A stretch of 64,000 nt of DNA from an uncultured candidatus Porisulfidus sp. Its GTDB lineage: Bacteria > Pseudomonadota > Gammaproteobacteria > Poriferisulfidales > Poriferisulfidaceae. The notes beneath the pieces were generated by a model. It ran no database searches, was not told the DNA's origin, and saw only the letters and a program-made list of their open reading frames with translations. A program made the translations under genes and the position numbers. The stretch covers positions 288,001 to 352,000 of the forward strand of contig OZ241993.1 in the NCBI GenBank assembly GCA_965204575.1. The letters are read 5' to 3'. Of this stretch, positions 9,776 to 18,616 are shown in pieces (within the stretch, counting starts at the first letter, position 1; every line of letters starts with the position of its first letter).

Positions 9776-10308
9776 TGAGTTCGCCGGAACTCTGGGATTC
9801 CCGGTACCGCGAAGCCGCACACGAGCCGCAAGCCTGCGCGGTTTTACAGCAACACCCTTCCCATCTGCCACAACAGGGGCTGGCCCTGGATCTGGCTTGC
9901 GGGCGAGGCGGCAATGCGCTGTGGCTGGCACGCCGGGGGCTGAACGTCCATGCCTGGGACTACTCCGAGGCCGCAATTAGGCATCTGCGCGCGGAAGCCG
10001 AACGACACCGCCTTGCCGTTCAGGCCGAAGTCCGGGACGTCGTGCTCAAGCCTCCGGAACCGGTCCAATATGACCTGCTGGTCGTCAGCCATTTCCTGGA
10101 TCGCGGCCTGATGCCGGCCTTGCTTGCTGCAGTGCGCCCCGGCGGACTGCTGTATTACCAGACCTTCTTGGTCGGCCATCCGGGGCCGGGGCCTCGCAAT
10201 CCCGACTTTCTGCTGCGCCCCGGAGAACTGCCGGAATACTGTGCAGGTTGGGAGATTCTCCACTCTCTGGAGCAGGACGGGCAGGCGCAACTGATTGCGC
10301 GCCGGTAA
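9775..10308 (+). CDS. class I SAM-dependent methyltransferase (TehB-like)
   Basis: GTG 9775; WDSRY, ALDLACGRGGNALWLA, HFLDR and LLRPGEL motifs (3' part of ORF 8473..10308). Confidence 0.85.
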   Translation: MSSPELWDSRYREAAHEPQACAVLQQHPSHLPQQGLALDLACGRGGNALWLARRGLNVHAWDYSEAAIRHLRAEAERHRLAVQAEVRDVVLKPPEPVQYDLLVVSHFLDRGLMPALLAAVRPGGLLYYQTFLVGHPGPGPRNPDFLLRPGELPEYCAGWEILHSLEQDGQAQLIARR

Positions 10309-10312
10309 ACGC

Positions 10313-11200
10313 CTACGAGTACAGGGATTCGGGCTGGATCAACCGCTTGCGGAAACGCGGATAGCTCCACCAATACTGTGCCACATCCTCGGCAATCGCC
10401 GTCTCCACCATGGCGTTGATGCCGGTTGCGGCTTCCACCCGGTCATGAGCATAAACGCGCGGATCCGCCACATGGAACGAAACATGGAAACCGCCACGGC
10501 AACGGCGCGACTGGATCAGGAGCACCACAACATCCTGCCTCCGGGCCAAGCGGGAGACCAACGCGCCTGTGTTCGCCGGAATTCCAAAGAATGGCGCCAT
10601 GACGCCATCCTCTTTCCTGCGCGGAACATGATCCGGCAGGATACCGACCGCATGATGCTCCCGAAGTGCACGCAGGAGCAGGCGCACGCCAGTCATGTCC
10701 GCGGGGGCTAGAATCGCTCCGGTATGCTGGCGGCCTCGCCGTACAAAATCATCGATGAGGCGGTGCTTCAGCGGGCGGTACATGCTGTATATGGTGACGT
10801 GTCCGGTCAGGTACAGGCCGCTGAACTCCCAACTCCCGAAGTGCGGCGTGACCAGAATGACGCCCTTGCCTTGAGCCTTCGCCTGCTCCAGCAGGTCAAG
10901 CCCCGACACCCGGACTGCCAAGGACTTAATCTGGCTTGGCGACAGACGCCATAGACGTGCCATCTCCAGCATGGTGCGGGCTTCATGGATCAGGCTCTTG
11001 CGGGCCACGCTCTGATGCCAGACATCGTCTTTTTCCGGGTAGCACAGCCTCAAATTCGTCAGACAAGTCTCGAATCGGCGACCCGGTACGTAGCCGATCC
11101 AAAGTCCGACAAGGCTGCCCAGAAGACGCAGCAGGGGCAGCGGCATCCACGAAAGGAACTGCAGCGACCACAGGGAAAAACGGGAATCGAATATGGACAT
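10313..11200 (-). CDS. lpxL: lipid A late acyltransferase (LpxL/HtrB family)
   Basis: PHFGSWE, ILPDH, APFFG and QYWWSYPRFR motifs. Confidence 0.85.
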   Translation of the reverse strand: MSIFDSRFSLWSLQFLSWMPLPLLRLLGSLVGLWIGYVPGRRFETCLTNLRLCYPEKDDVWHQSVARKSLIHEARTMLEMARLWRLSPSQIKSLAVRVSGLDLLEQAKAQGKGVILVTPHFGSWEFSGLYLTGHVTIYSMYRPLKHRLIDDFVRRGRQHTGAILAPADMTGVRLLLRALREHHAVGILPDHVPRRKEDGVMAPFFGIPANTGALVSRLARRQDVVVLLIQSRRCRGGFHVSFHVADPRVYAHDRVEAATGINAMVETAIAEDVAQYWWSYPRFRKRLIQPESLYS

Positions 11201-11252
11201 CTGGCCAGCCTCACGGCGAAGTATAGAATGAACGCAGTTCCCTATAGTCTTA

Positions 11253-12203
11253 ATGCTCTATCCCGCCATCCGACCCTACGCAACCCGCCGCCTGCAGGTT
11301 GACGCCCAGCATGAACTGCATATCGAGGAATGCGGCAGCCCGGACGGATTGCCCGCGGTATTTTTGCACGGCGGCCCCGGTGCCGGCTGCGAGGATTATC
11401 ACCGCCAGTTCTTCGACCCGGAGAACTACCGGGTGGTCCTGTTCGACCAACGCGGCTCCGGCCGCTCGACTCCTCATGCGGACCTGACCGACAACACGAC
11501 CGCTCACCTGGTCGACGATATCGAAAAAATCCGCGAGGAACTAGGAATCGATCAATGGCTGGTGTTCGGGGGTTCCTGGGGCTCGACCTTGGGGCTGGCC
11601 TATGCCGAGGCCCATCCCAAGCGGGTGCTGGGCCTGATCCTGCGCGGCATCTTCCTGTGCCGGCGCCACGATCTCTCGTGGTTCTACCAGGAAGGCGCAG
11701 ACAAGATATTCCCGGATTACTGGCAGGACTTCCTGGAACCCATCCCGGAAGCGGAACGCGACGATCTGATGCAGGCCTACCACAGCCGTCTGACCGGACC
11801 CGACGAATTGATACGCATGAAAGCAGCCAAGGCCTGGTCCATCTGGGAGGCACGCTGCTCAAACCTGCAGCACAACGCCAAGGTCTTGGAAACGTTTAGC
11901 GACCCGCACACTGCGCTCAGCCTGGCGCGCATCGAGTGCCACTATTTCGTCAACCAGATTTTCCTGCCGGAGAATCACTTGCTGGAACAGGTCGGGAAAC
12001 TGGCCGGAATCCCTGGCATCCTGGTGCATGGCCGCTACGACGTTGTCTGCCCCATCGATCAGGCTTTCGCCTTGCATCATGCTTGGCCGGACTCGCGTTT
12101 GGATCTGGTCGCCGAAGCGGGGCATTCAGCGCTGGAGCAAGGGATCACCACTGCTCTGGTTGCCGCGACAAAGGAGATGCACCTGCGCTTGACCAAGGCA
12201 TAA
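11253..12203 (+). CDS. pip: prolyl aminopeptidase
   Basis: HGGPG, FDQRGSGRS, FGGSWGSTL, HGRYDVVCP and AGHS catalytic motifs. Confidence 0.96.
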   Translation: MLYPAIRPYATRRLQVDAQHELHIEECGSPDGLPAVFLHGGPGAGCEDYHRQFFDPENYRVVLFDQRGSGRSTPHADLTDNTTAHLVDDIEKIREELGIDQWLVFGGSWGSTLGLAYAEAHPKRVLGLILRGIFLCRRHDLSWFYQEGADKIFPDYWQDFLEPIPEAERDDLMQAYHSRLTGPDELIRMKAAKAWSIWEARCSNLQHNAKVLETFSDPHTALSLARIECHYFVNQIFLPENHLLEQVGKLAGIPGILVHGRYDVVCPIDQAFALHHAWPDSRLDLVAEAGHSALEQGITTALVAATKEMHLRLTKA

Positions 12204-12222
12204 CAAAGAACACGCCCCCTTG

Positions 12223-12238
12223 TATAATGCCCCGCGCC
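12223..12238 (+). promoter_or_regulatory. probable -10 box with GC-rich discriminator for tRNA-Phe
   Basis: TATAAT at 12223-12228 followed by gccccgcgcc, 32 nt before the tRNA. Confidence 0.55.
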
Positions 12239-12260
12239 TGCTCGCAGGTTTTCAGATCAA

Positions 12261-12336
12261 GGCCAGGTAGCTCAGTCGGTAGAGCAGGGGACTGAAAATC
12301 CCCGTGTCGGCGGTTCGATTCCGTCCCTGGCCACCA
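12261..12336 (+). tRNA. tRNA-Phe (GAA)
   Basis: 76 nt; acceptor stem GGCCAGG/CCTGGCC, D arm AGCTCAGTCGGTAGAGC, anticodon arm GGGGA-CTGAAAA-TCCCC, GGTTCGATT T loop, encoded CCA. Confidence 0.98.
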
Positions 12337-12443
12337 CATTCTTTCCCTCTAGATTCTGGAGCATACCTGAAACTTTATAGGCTAGCTTGTACACATCAGT
12401 TTTAAATGGTTGCCTCCAGACAAAATTGACCCTTTGTTTCAGA

Positions 12444-13805
12444 CTAAAACCTTTTTGAGAAACTTATTTCAAAGTCGTACTGATAGATTTCAATTTCAAT
12501 CGTTTGTGTCGAATCAAACGGGTTCGGGCCCTCTTGTTTTTCTGTCGGGGAATACATCACGGCCATATTGACTTCCCGGTCACCGGACAGTTTCTTGGTC
12601 AATCCCAGCGTGTAGTGGTTTTCCACGACAGCCGGAGCCAGTATGTTGAACAACACTTCGCTCCGATCGATGGGATGCTCGGCAAAACTGGCGCCCGCAC
12701 GCAGTTCCAGGTCTGGGGCAATCGGGTACTGTACGCCGATTCTGTACACTTCCATGTCCTCCCAGCCGAAACCCGCCCCATTACTGCCGCCTAGGCAACT
12801 CTCCGGATCGGTTCCACCCGCCGCAGGACAATCGAATATGTTTGAGATCGGATTGGCGACCGAATCAACTTTGCTGTACCAGATTTTTTGAAAGTCAAAC
12901 ACGAACGTCAAATCATTATTCGGTTTCAGGGCGAAACCCGCCGTCATGGAAGGCGGAATATCGAAATCACCCTCTTCTGCGAACAAATTGTCGTAGTCAT
13001 CGAACTCGGTCATGAAAATCCGCGATTGATAGGCCAAGCCAATATCTAAATAAGATGTCGGGCTCCAGAGAACTCCAACCCTTGCTCCGTAACCGAACGA
13101 AAAATCCCTGCCATTGTCGGTCAGGTCGTTGGGAGGCATTTCCCCCTCGCTTCGTACAAATTCCTCGGTATACCCCGCAAATGAAGACAACCCTTTCACC
13201 CGAAAAGCCTGGACGGCCAATACCGGACTGATGCCAACCGAAAGCTGTTCATTGACCTTCCGCGAATAAGTGATCGCCAGGAAAAGCTGAGCCAGGTCAA
13301 CACCGGAAACACCCGCCCCATAGGTTCCCGGAAAGGTTCCAGTCGGATTCGGACCGGGTCCATCCGGATCGAAGGTAGAAGACCCTTCGTTCCATACCGT
13401 GTTCATTCCCCCATTTGCGTACAGCGTGATTCCCAGTGAGCTTTGCGAGTCGAGCGGATAGTTATAGCCAACATGAGGAACAGGAAAATAATTTCGGTCG
13501 CTTCGAATATCGTCGGGACCAAGCGTAAACGCACCCCCCGTGCCATTTGCCTGGCTAGCACTACTTTCGTAGTCTCGCCGCGGGCTGAAAATGGCCAGCC
13601 CCCCATCAAATCTTTCTCCAAGATGAACCATTCCTGCGGGGTTTGTCGCCGCGGCGATCGTATCTTGTGGCAGAGCTACCCCCGCACCTGCCATGCCCTT
13701 ATTTTTTGTTCCATACCCGTGAGCAAAATAACCGTTTGTCGCCATTGCATTCGGAATAACCAACACACAAGTCACGCACACCCAAAAAGCAACAAACCTC
13801 TTCAC
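12444..13805 (-). CDS. FadL/TodX-family outer-membrane channel for hydrophobic compounds
   Basis: Signal peptide, then NGYFAHGYG...GMAGAGVA...NPAGM (FadL hatch with NPA motif); C-terminal Phe. Confidence 0.88.
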   Translation of the reverse strand: MKRFVAFWVCVTCVLVIPNAMATNGYFAHGYGTKNKGMAGAGVALPQDTIAAATNPAGMVHLGERFDGGLAIFSPRRDYESSASQANGTGGAFTLGPDDIRSDRNYFPVPHVGYNYPLDSQSSLGITLYANGGMNTVWNEGSSTFDPDGPGPNPTGTFPGTYGAGVSGVDLAQLFLAITYSRKVNEQLSVGISPVLAVQAFRVKGLSSFAGYTEEFVRSEGEMPPNDLTDNGRDFSFGYGARVGVLWSPTSYLDIGLAYQSRIFMTEFDDYDNLFAEEGDFDIPPSMTAGFALKPNNDLTFVFDFQKIWYSKVDSVANPISNIFDCPAAGGTDPESCLGGSNGAGFGWEDMEVYRIGVQYPIAPDLELRAGASFAEHPIDRSEVLFNILAPAVVENHYTLGLTKKLSGDREVNMAVMYSPTEKQEGPNPFDSTQTIEIEIYQYDFEISFSKRF

Positions 13806-13905
13806 AGTGGCACCACAAGATTTCCTAAGACCACACAGGGATTTCTCAATCTATCAGAACTGTTGATTTGGTCAATCTCTCTGGCGAAAACCCGTAGGCT
13901 GGGCC

Positions 13906-13934
13906 TTGCCAATCCGTAACCCATAGGTTACAGT
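13906..13934 (+). promoter_or_regulatory. sigma70 promoter with an embedded operator-like palindrome for the PRTase-SLOG operon
   Basis: TTGCCA (13906-13911), 17 bp, TACAGT (13929-13934); perfect inverted repeat GTAACC-CATA-GGTTAC (13916-13931) overlaps the spacer and -10. Confidence 0.62.
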
Positions 13935-13975
13935 AGTCTGTCATAGGGCTAGCGTTTTATTCTGGGGACGTTCTT

Positions 13976-14566
13976 ATGGATGTAACGATCAATCCACAGC
14001 GAATCAAAGGAAACTGGATATCAGGCTACGCTTTGGATATTCATACAATAAGAAGCATTCATCTCGGAATCAATGAACATGGTCATGACGTTTTCGATAC
14101 AGAACGTTCCGAGCTCGGTGAACTGCTATATCAGCTTAAGTACCGCAGTAAGGTTTCAGCCGCAGATAAAATTATTGAAACTGTAGTGGAGTTCTTACAG
14201 CGTTCAAGGAGCAAGTTTGATTTGATCGTTCCAGTTCCGCCTTCTGGGAAACGACCTGTCCAGCCGGTAATCGTTTTGGCTCAGGGGATCGGCGAAAAAC
14301 TTGATTGGCCTGTTGTCGAATGTGTGACGACTACTCGTTCTGCAAGCCCGTTGAAGGGTGTCATGGATAGCAATAGGCGAAAGGAATTGCTGGATGGACT
14401 CTATGATGTCGACCGCACCTGTACACAGGGGAAAAGTATTTTATTATTTGACGACCTCTACCGCTCTGGAGCTACGATGAACGCGGTAACCGATTTACTT
14501 ATCAGCCAAGGTGAAGCAGCGGCCGTTCGCGTCCTGACTGTTACCAAAACGAGGAACATTCAATGA
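13976..14566 (+). CDS. ComF-like type I phosphoribosyltransferase
   Basis: GELLYQLKY, LIVPVPPS and the PRPP-binding loop ILLFDDLYRSGATM; lacks the ComF N-terminal zinc ribbon. Confidence 0.85.
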   Translation: MDVTINPQRIKGNWISGYALDIHTIRSIHLGINEHGHDVFDTERSELGELLYQLKYRSKVSAADKIIETVVEFLQRSRSKFDLIVPVPPSGKRPVQPVIVLAQGIGEKLDWPVVECVTTTRSASPLKGVMDSNRRKELLDGLYDVDRTCTQGKSILLFDDLYRSGATMNAVTDLLISQGEAAAVRVLTVTKTRNIQ

Positions 14567-15390
14567 ATACTGTGTTCATAGGGGGTTCACGTCACATTTC
14601 TCTCTTGCCGAAACCGGCAAAACACTGGCTTAACGATGTAATCGAGAAAAGCTGTTCGATCTTGGTTGGAGACGCCAACGGGATAGATAAAGCTGTCCAG
14701 AAATATCTGGCTAATGAGAATTACGATGATGTGACTGTGTACTGTTCTGGTGAATCCTGCCGTAACAATATCGGTCAATGGGCAACACGTTTCATCGATG
14801 CCTCTGGGAACAAAAAGAAATTCCAGTTCTATGCTGCAAAGGATCGTGAGATGGCACGCGAGGCTGAGTTCGGGTTCATGATATGGGATGGCAAAAGCCC
14901 GGGAACGGTTCTTAACGTTTTGCGCCTAGTACGTGCGTCAAAAAAGGCTGTTTTATTCAACATACAGGAAAAACAGGCCTTGACTTTCAATAGTGAGGCG
15001 GACTGGGATACTTTTCTTATGCAATGTACGGATACTCTGCGTCGGGATCTCGAAAACCGAGCCCTGCCAATCGAATGGTCTCCATCGCTCCATGCACAAA
15101 CGAATCTTGATCTGCCAGAACCGGATCTTGACGATGAAAGACCGGACATCTATATCGATTTGAAACAAGACATGGATGTGGCGCTGCGACACAATGATTC
15201 CAAAACTTTTATTTCGCTGCTGGGAAAGATGGCCCGGGAAAAAGGCATGAGCCAGATTGCCCGGGAAACCGGGCTTGCTCGTGAAGCACTGTACCGTGCA
15301 CTCAGTTCAGAGGGGAATCCTGAACTTACAACTGTGCTAAAGGTCACAAGCGCACTAAAGCTACGCCTGCTTGTCGGGAAAAGTTCATAA
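14563..15390 (+). CDS. SLOG/DprA-like nucleotide-binding domain fused to a C-terminal addiction-module antidote HTH
   Basis: N-terminal VFIGGSR...VGDANGID...KDREMA...MIWDGKSPGT (SLOG-like); C-terminal AREKGMSQIARETGLAREALYRALSSEGNPELTTVLKV (HI1420-type Xre HTH); ATGA overlap with the PRTase gene. Confidence 0.72.
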   Translation: MNTVFIGGSRHISLLPKPAKHWLNDVIEKSCSILVGDANGIDKAVQKYLANENYDDVTVYCSGESCRNNIGQWATRFIDASGNKKKFQFYAAKDREMAREAEFGFMIWDGKSPGTVLNVLRLVRASKKAVLFNIQEKQALTFNSEADWDTFLMQCTDTLRRDLENRALPIEWSPSLHAQTNLDLPEPDLDDERPDIYIDLKQDMDVALRHNDSKTFISLLGKMAREKGMSQIARETGLAREALYRALSSEGNPELTTVLKVTSALKLRLLVGKSS

Positions 15391-15427
15391 TTCTAAGTCT
15401 ACCAATAGTAGGCTTTTCATAACTTGA

Positions 15428-15745
15428 TTAATTGTGCCGCTCGCGCAAGACATACTGCCCGTCATAAAACCCGCTGAAGATCTGGTCGGCCAGCGGATGT
15501 CTGATCGGGCGTGGCTCTTCATCCGGCTCCAGATTCCGCTCCGCCACGTAAGTCTCCAGCGGCTGGCCGTCGACCAGCACCCGATACCAAGGCCGATCCC
15601 GGGGCGGCTTGGATCGTGCATTGTGCTCGTACCATTCATCGCTTCCCTGAAATACCGGATCTACATCGAAAACCACGCCCCGGTATCCGAACAGGCGATG
15701 CGTGACCAGTTGCCCCGGAGCAAATCGCGCTTGACTTTCACTCAT
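15428..15745 (-). CDS. hspQ: heat shock protein HspQ (YccV-like)
   Basis: FAPGQLVTHRLFGYRGVVFDVDP, PWYRVLVD and TYVAERNL motifs. Confidence 0.92.
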   Translation of the reverse strand: MSESQARFAPGQLVTHRLFGYRGVVFDVDPVFQGSDEWYEHNARSKPPRDRPWYRVLVDGQPLETYVAERNLEPDEEPRPIRHPLADQIFSGFYDGQYVLRERHN

Positions 15746-15806
15746 GCTTCTAACTTCATCCCTAGCGCTTACTATATACTGTCAGAAGCCTCCAGGTGCA
15801 CCGCTT

Positions 15807-16082
15807 ATGGAACGTACCGTCGAACAACGAATCCTCGTCATGATGCGCAAGATTCTGGCACAGATCGTGCGGGAAATCACGCCGCCTCCAGGCATGAAAA
15901 ACCCCCTATCTCCACAGACTCTTCAAGACATACGGGAAGCGTTTGAGTTGATTTCCACGCGGGAAAGAGAATTGATGGAGGCCGCGGGAGAATCTGCCCG
16001 GGAACGGCCCCGATATGCGGACGAACCCAAAACCACCCAGGCTGTACAAATGCCCACCACTAAACGCAAGCTGGATTCATGA
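15807..16082 (+). CDS. conserved-looking hypothetical helical protein
   Basis: ATG 15807 (EQRILVMMRKILAQIVREITPPPGMKNPLS...ISTRERELM...RPRYADEP); ATGA-coupled to the next gene. Confidence 0.7.
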   Translation: MERTVEQRILVMMRKILAQIVREITPPPGMKNPLSPQTLQDIREAFELISTRERELMEAAGESARERPRYADEPKTTQAVQMPTTKRKLDS

Positions 16083-16480
16083 GTTCCCCATCGGAGGAGT
16101 CACGAGCAAGAATGGCGCGTCAAACCATGGCAGTTCTTGACCAGTGGCAACTCAATACGGACGAGATCGTGACCCTCTTGGCATTGCCGAAAAAGACCCG
16201 CAGCACACAACTCGAACGTTTTCGTCGTGGTGAAGCCCTGCCGGACGACCCTCCCCTGATCGTACGGGCAGAACACATCGTTGGCATTGCCGACGCCCTG
16301 CGCACTTCATTCCCACGCAACAGCCGTATCGGGGCGCGCTGGCTGGTCACGCCGCACCGCCGGTTCCGGAAACGGACACCCTTATCGCTGATGCTGGAGG
16401 ATGGCGTCAACGGTCTGTGCCGGGTGCGTGCCGAGCTGGATTGCTCTTTCTCCTGGAGGCGGTCACAGGAGAACAATTGA
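16079..16480 (+). CDS. Xre/MbcA/ParS (DUF2384)-like protein
   Basis: C-terminal RWLVTPHRRF..RTPLSLMLEDG..GL.RV..ELD pattern resembles the MbcA/ParS antitoxin C-domain; N-terminal helical/HTH-like part. Confidence 0.62.
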   Translation: MSSPSEESRARMARQTMAVLDQWQLNTDEIVTLLALPKKTRSTQLERFRRGEALPDDPPLIVRAEHIVGIADALRTSFPRNSRIGARWLVTPHRRFRKRTPLSLMLEDGVNGLCRVRAELDCSFSWRRSQENN

Positions 16481-16893
16481 TGCCGGAATCCATTGCCATC
16501 CCGGTAGTCGCCAAAGGCGTCAAGATGACCCCGGAGAACAAGTGCGACTTCTGCACCAACTCCCTGTGTTGCCATTACGTCACGCAGGAAATCGACACGC
16601 CCCGCTCAAAATACGACTACGAACACCTGCTCTGGCAGGTCTCCCACGACCAAGTCAGCGCATACAAGGATTCCGATGGCTGGACCCTGATGTTCGAGAC
16701 CACCTGCAAACACCTGCAGAAAGACGGACGTTGCGGAATTTATGAAATCCGCCCGCAAATCTGCCGCGATCACAGCAACGACTTTTGCGAATACGACCAG
16801 CCGCCCGAAGAAGGATTCGACCTTTACTTCCCGGATTACGAAAGCCTACTCAAATACTGTAAAAAACGATTCAGACGGTGGGACCGAGGTTAA
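16480..16893 (+). CDS. YkgJ-family Cys-cluster (CxxCxxCC) protein
   Basis: CDFCTNSLCC...CKHL...CGIYEIRPQICR motif; ATG 16480 overlaps the upstream stop. Confidence 0.85.
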   Translation: MPESIAIPVVAKGVKMTPENKCDFCTNSLCCHYVTQEIDTPRSKYDYEHLLWQVSHDQVSAYKDSDGWTLMFETTCKHLQKDGRCGIYEIRPQICRDHSNDFCEYDQPPEEGFDLYFPDYESLLKYCKKRFRRWDRG

Positions 16894-17014
16894 AAAGACT
16901 TTTTTAAGGTTTTCGTCAAACAACCATCAAACAATCTATCCTCATAAATATCTTTATTAATCAGTAATTTATTACGATCCCACAATAAAAAAAGAACTTT
17001 TCATAAGTTTCCAA

Positions 17015-17680
17015 TCAAACAACCTCTCTAGGCGGCATGATGTCGGAAAAATCCCGGATCGCCGGGTACGCCAACTGTTCCCGTTCCGGCTGACCACTGT
17101 CGGGCTGCCGGACCGTCAGCAGGCAACCAATGCCCGCGGCTTCCGCATGCTTCAGGACATTCGGGTCGTCGTCCACCATGAGCGTCCGGGCAGGTTCGTG
17201 TTCCACCTCGTCATGCAAGGCTCTCCAGAATTCCGGGCTTTCCTTGGGCACCTGAAACTCATGGGAACTGACGACTTTCTGGAAGTAGGGCCGGATCTGG
17301 GATTCCTCCAACTTGATGTCGATAAACTTGGGGTGGGCATTGGTCACCAAGAAACAAGGCCTGCCGCTGTCGTTGACCCGAACCAGGAATTCCTCGACGT
17401 GGGGCATGCGCGTCACGCGATGGCGGATTTCATGCTTGAGCGCGGCGACGTCTAAGCCCAACTCCTCGCTCCAGTAATCTGCGCAATACCACTGCAAAGT
17501 GCCGCGCATCTCGCGGTAGCGAGCGGTCAAGTCCGCTTTGGCTTCCGAGAATTCCAGCCCGTAAGTCTCCGCAAAACGCTGCGGCAGATGGTGGTACCAG
17601 AAATGGGAGTCGAACCGCAGGTCCAGCAACGTCCCGTCCATGTCCAGGAAGACGGTATCAATGACATTCCAATTGATCAT
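17015..17680 (-). CDS. yrfG: HAD-family GMP/IMP nucleotidase
   Basis: INW..IDTVFLDMDGTLLDLRFD.HFW, LVTNAHP and MVDD motifs. Confidence 0.9.
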   Translation of the reverse strand: MINWNVIDTVFLDMDGTLLDLRFDSHFWYHHLPQRFAETYGLEFSEAKADLTARYREMRGTLQWYCADYWSEELGLDVAALKHEIRHRVTRMPHVEEFLVRVNDSGRPCFLVTNAHPKFIDIKLEESQIRPYFQKVVSSHEFQVPKESPEFWRALHDEVEHEPARTLMVDDDPNVLKHAEAAGIGCLLTVRQPDSGQPEREQLAYPAIRDFSDIMPPREVV

Positions 17681-17741
17681 GTTGCTGCCTGGACCCGTAT
17701 AAATCGAATTTTACACTCCCCTTCTTCGCCAATTTGTTAGG

Positions 17742-18590
17742 ATGGCGCATCCCGCCACACCCCCGATGGACTTCGAACAACTTGCCCGACTCCTGCCCGA
17801 AGTACGGCAGATCGCCATCGACGCCGGGACAAGCATTCTGGAAGTCCGACGCGCAGGCTACGAAGTCTACGAAAAGACCGACCGCTCTCCGGTTACCACG
17901 GCCGACTTGGCGGCACACCAGTGCATTTTCGAACGGCTGGAGGCATTGGATGAGCGCTGGCCGGTACTGTCGGAAGAAAACCCTGCTCCGACCCCTTGGG
18001 AGACCCGCCGAAACTGGGACACTTATTGGCTGGTCGATCCCCTGGACGGCACGCGCGAACTGCTCAGGCAGAGCGATGAATTCACTGTCAACATCGCCCT
18101 GATCCACCGTCAACAGCCCGTGCTGGGCATCATCGGAGCCCCCGCCCTGGATCTCCTCTACTATGCGCACCGCGACGGTGGCGCTTGGCGAGTACAAGGA
18201 GAAAAATCGCCCACCGCCATACACAGCCGTTCCTATCCCACTGATGGAACCTCAGTCGTGGCAGTCAGTTTCAGCCACGCGCGACCCGAAGTGCAGCGAT
18301 TCCTCAGGCGACTGGGACCGCATCAGGAAAAACGGGTCGGAAGTTCGCTCAAGAGCTGCCAGGTGGCCGAAGGGAGCATGGACCTGTATCCGCGTTGCGG
18401 TTCAACTCACGAGTGGGACACGGCAGCTGCCCAATGCATCGTGGAAGAAGCGGGCGGGCAGCTTGTCGACTGGGCACTGCGACCGCTTCGCTACAACCTC
18501 AAGGAAAACCTGATCAACCCTCCCTTCCTGGTGATCGGTGATCCCGGGTACGGCTGGGCCCCGCTACTGGAGGAGTTTTCAGAACAATAA
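17742..18590 (+). CDS. cysQ: 3'(2'),5'-bisphosphate nucleotidase
   Basis: SPVTTADL, LSEE, WLVDPLDGTRE, GSSLK and EWDTAAAQC motifs. Confidence 0.95.
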   Translation: MAHPATPPMDFEQLARLLPEVRQIAIDAGTSILEVRRAGYEVYEKTDRSPVTTADLAAHQCIFERLEALDERWPVLSEENPAPTPWETRRNWDTYWLVDPLDGTRELLRQSDEFTVNIALIHRQQPVLGIIGAPALDLLYYAHRDGGAWRVQGEKSPTAIHSRSYPTDGTSVVAVSFSHARPEVQRFLRRLGPHQEKRVGSSLKSCQVAEGSMDLYPRCGSTHEWDTAAAQCIVEEAGGQLVDWALRPLRYNLKENLINPPFLVIGDPGYGWAPLLEEFSEQ

Positions 18591-18616
18591 GTCGCCATTT
18601 TGGTGGCTCGAGTGCT

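Noticed and set aside
8473-10308. Apparent 611-aa methyltransferase fusion (likewise the extended ORFs 2151..3320, 21254..23338 and 26270..27232)
   Set aside because: The upstream parts are alternative frames of neighbouring genes; real starts are at 9775, 2769, 23056 and 26863
12317-12336. tRNA-Phe 3' end as attL of an integrated element
   Set aside because: No second copy of the 3' end and no integrase found by eye in the window
13863-13875. TTGAT-TTG-GTCAA as an FNR box upstream of the FadL gene
   Set aside because: Spacer is 3 nt, whereas the FNR consensus TTGAT-N4-ATCAA needs 4
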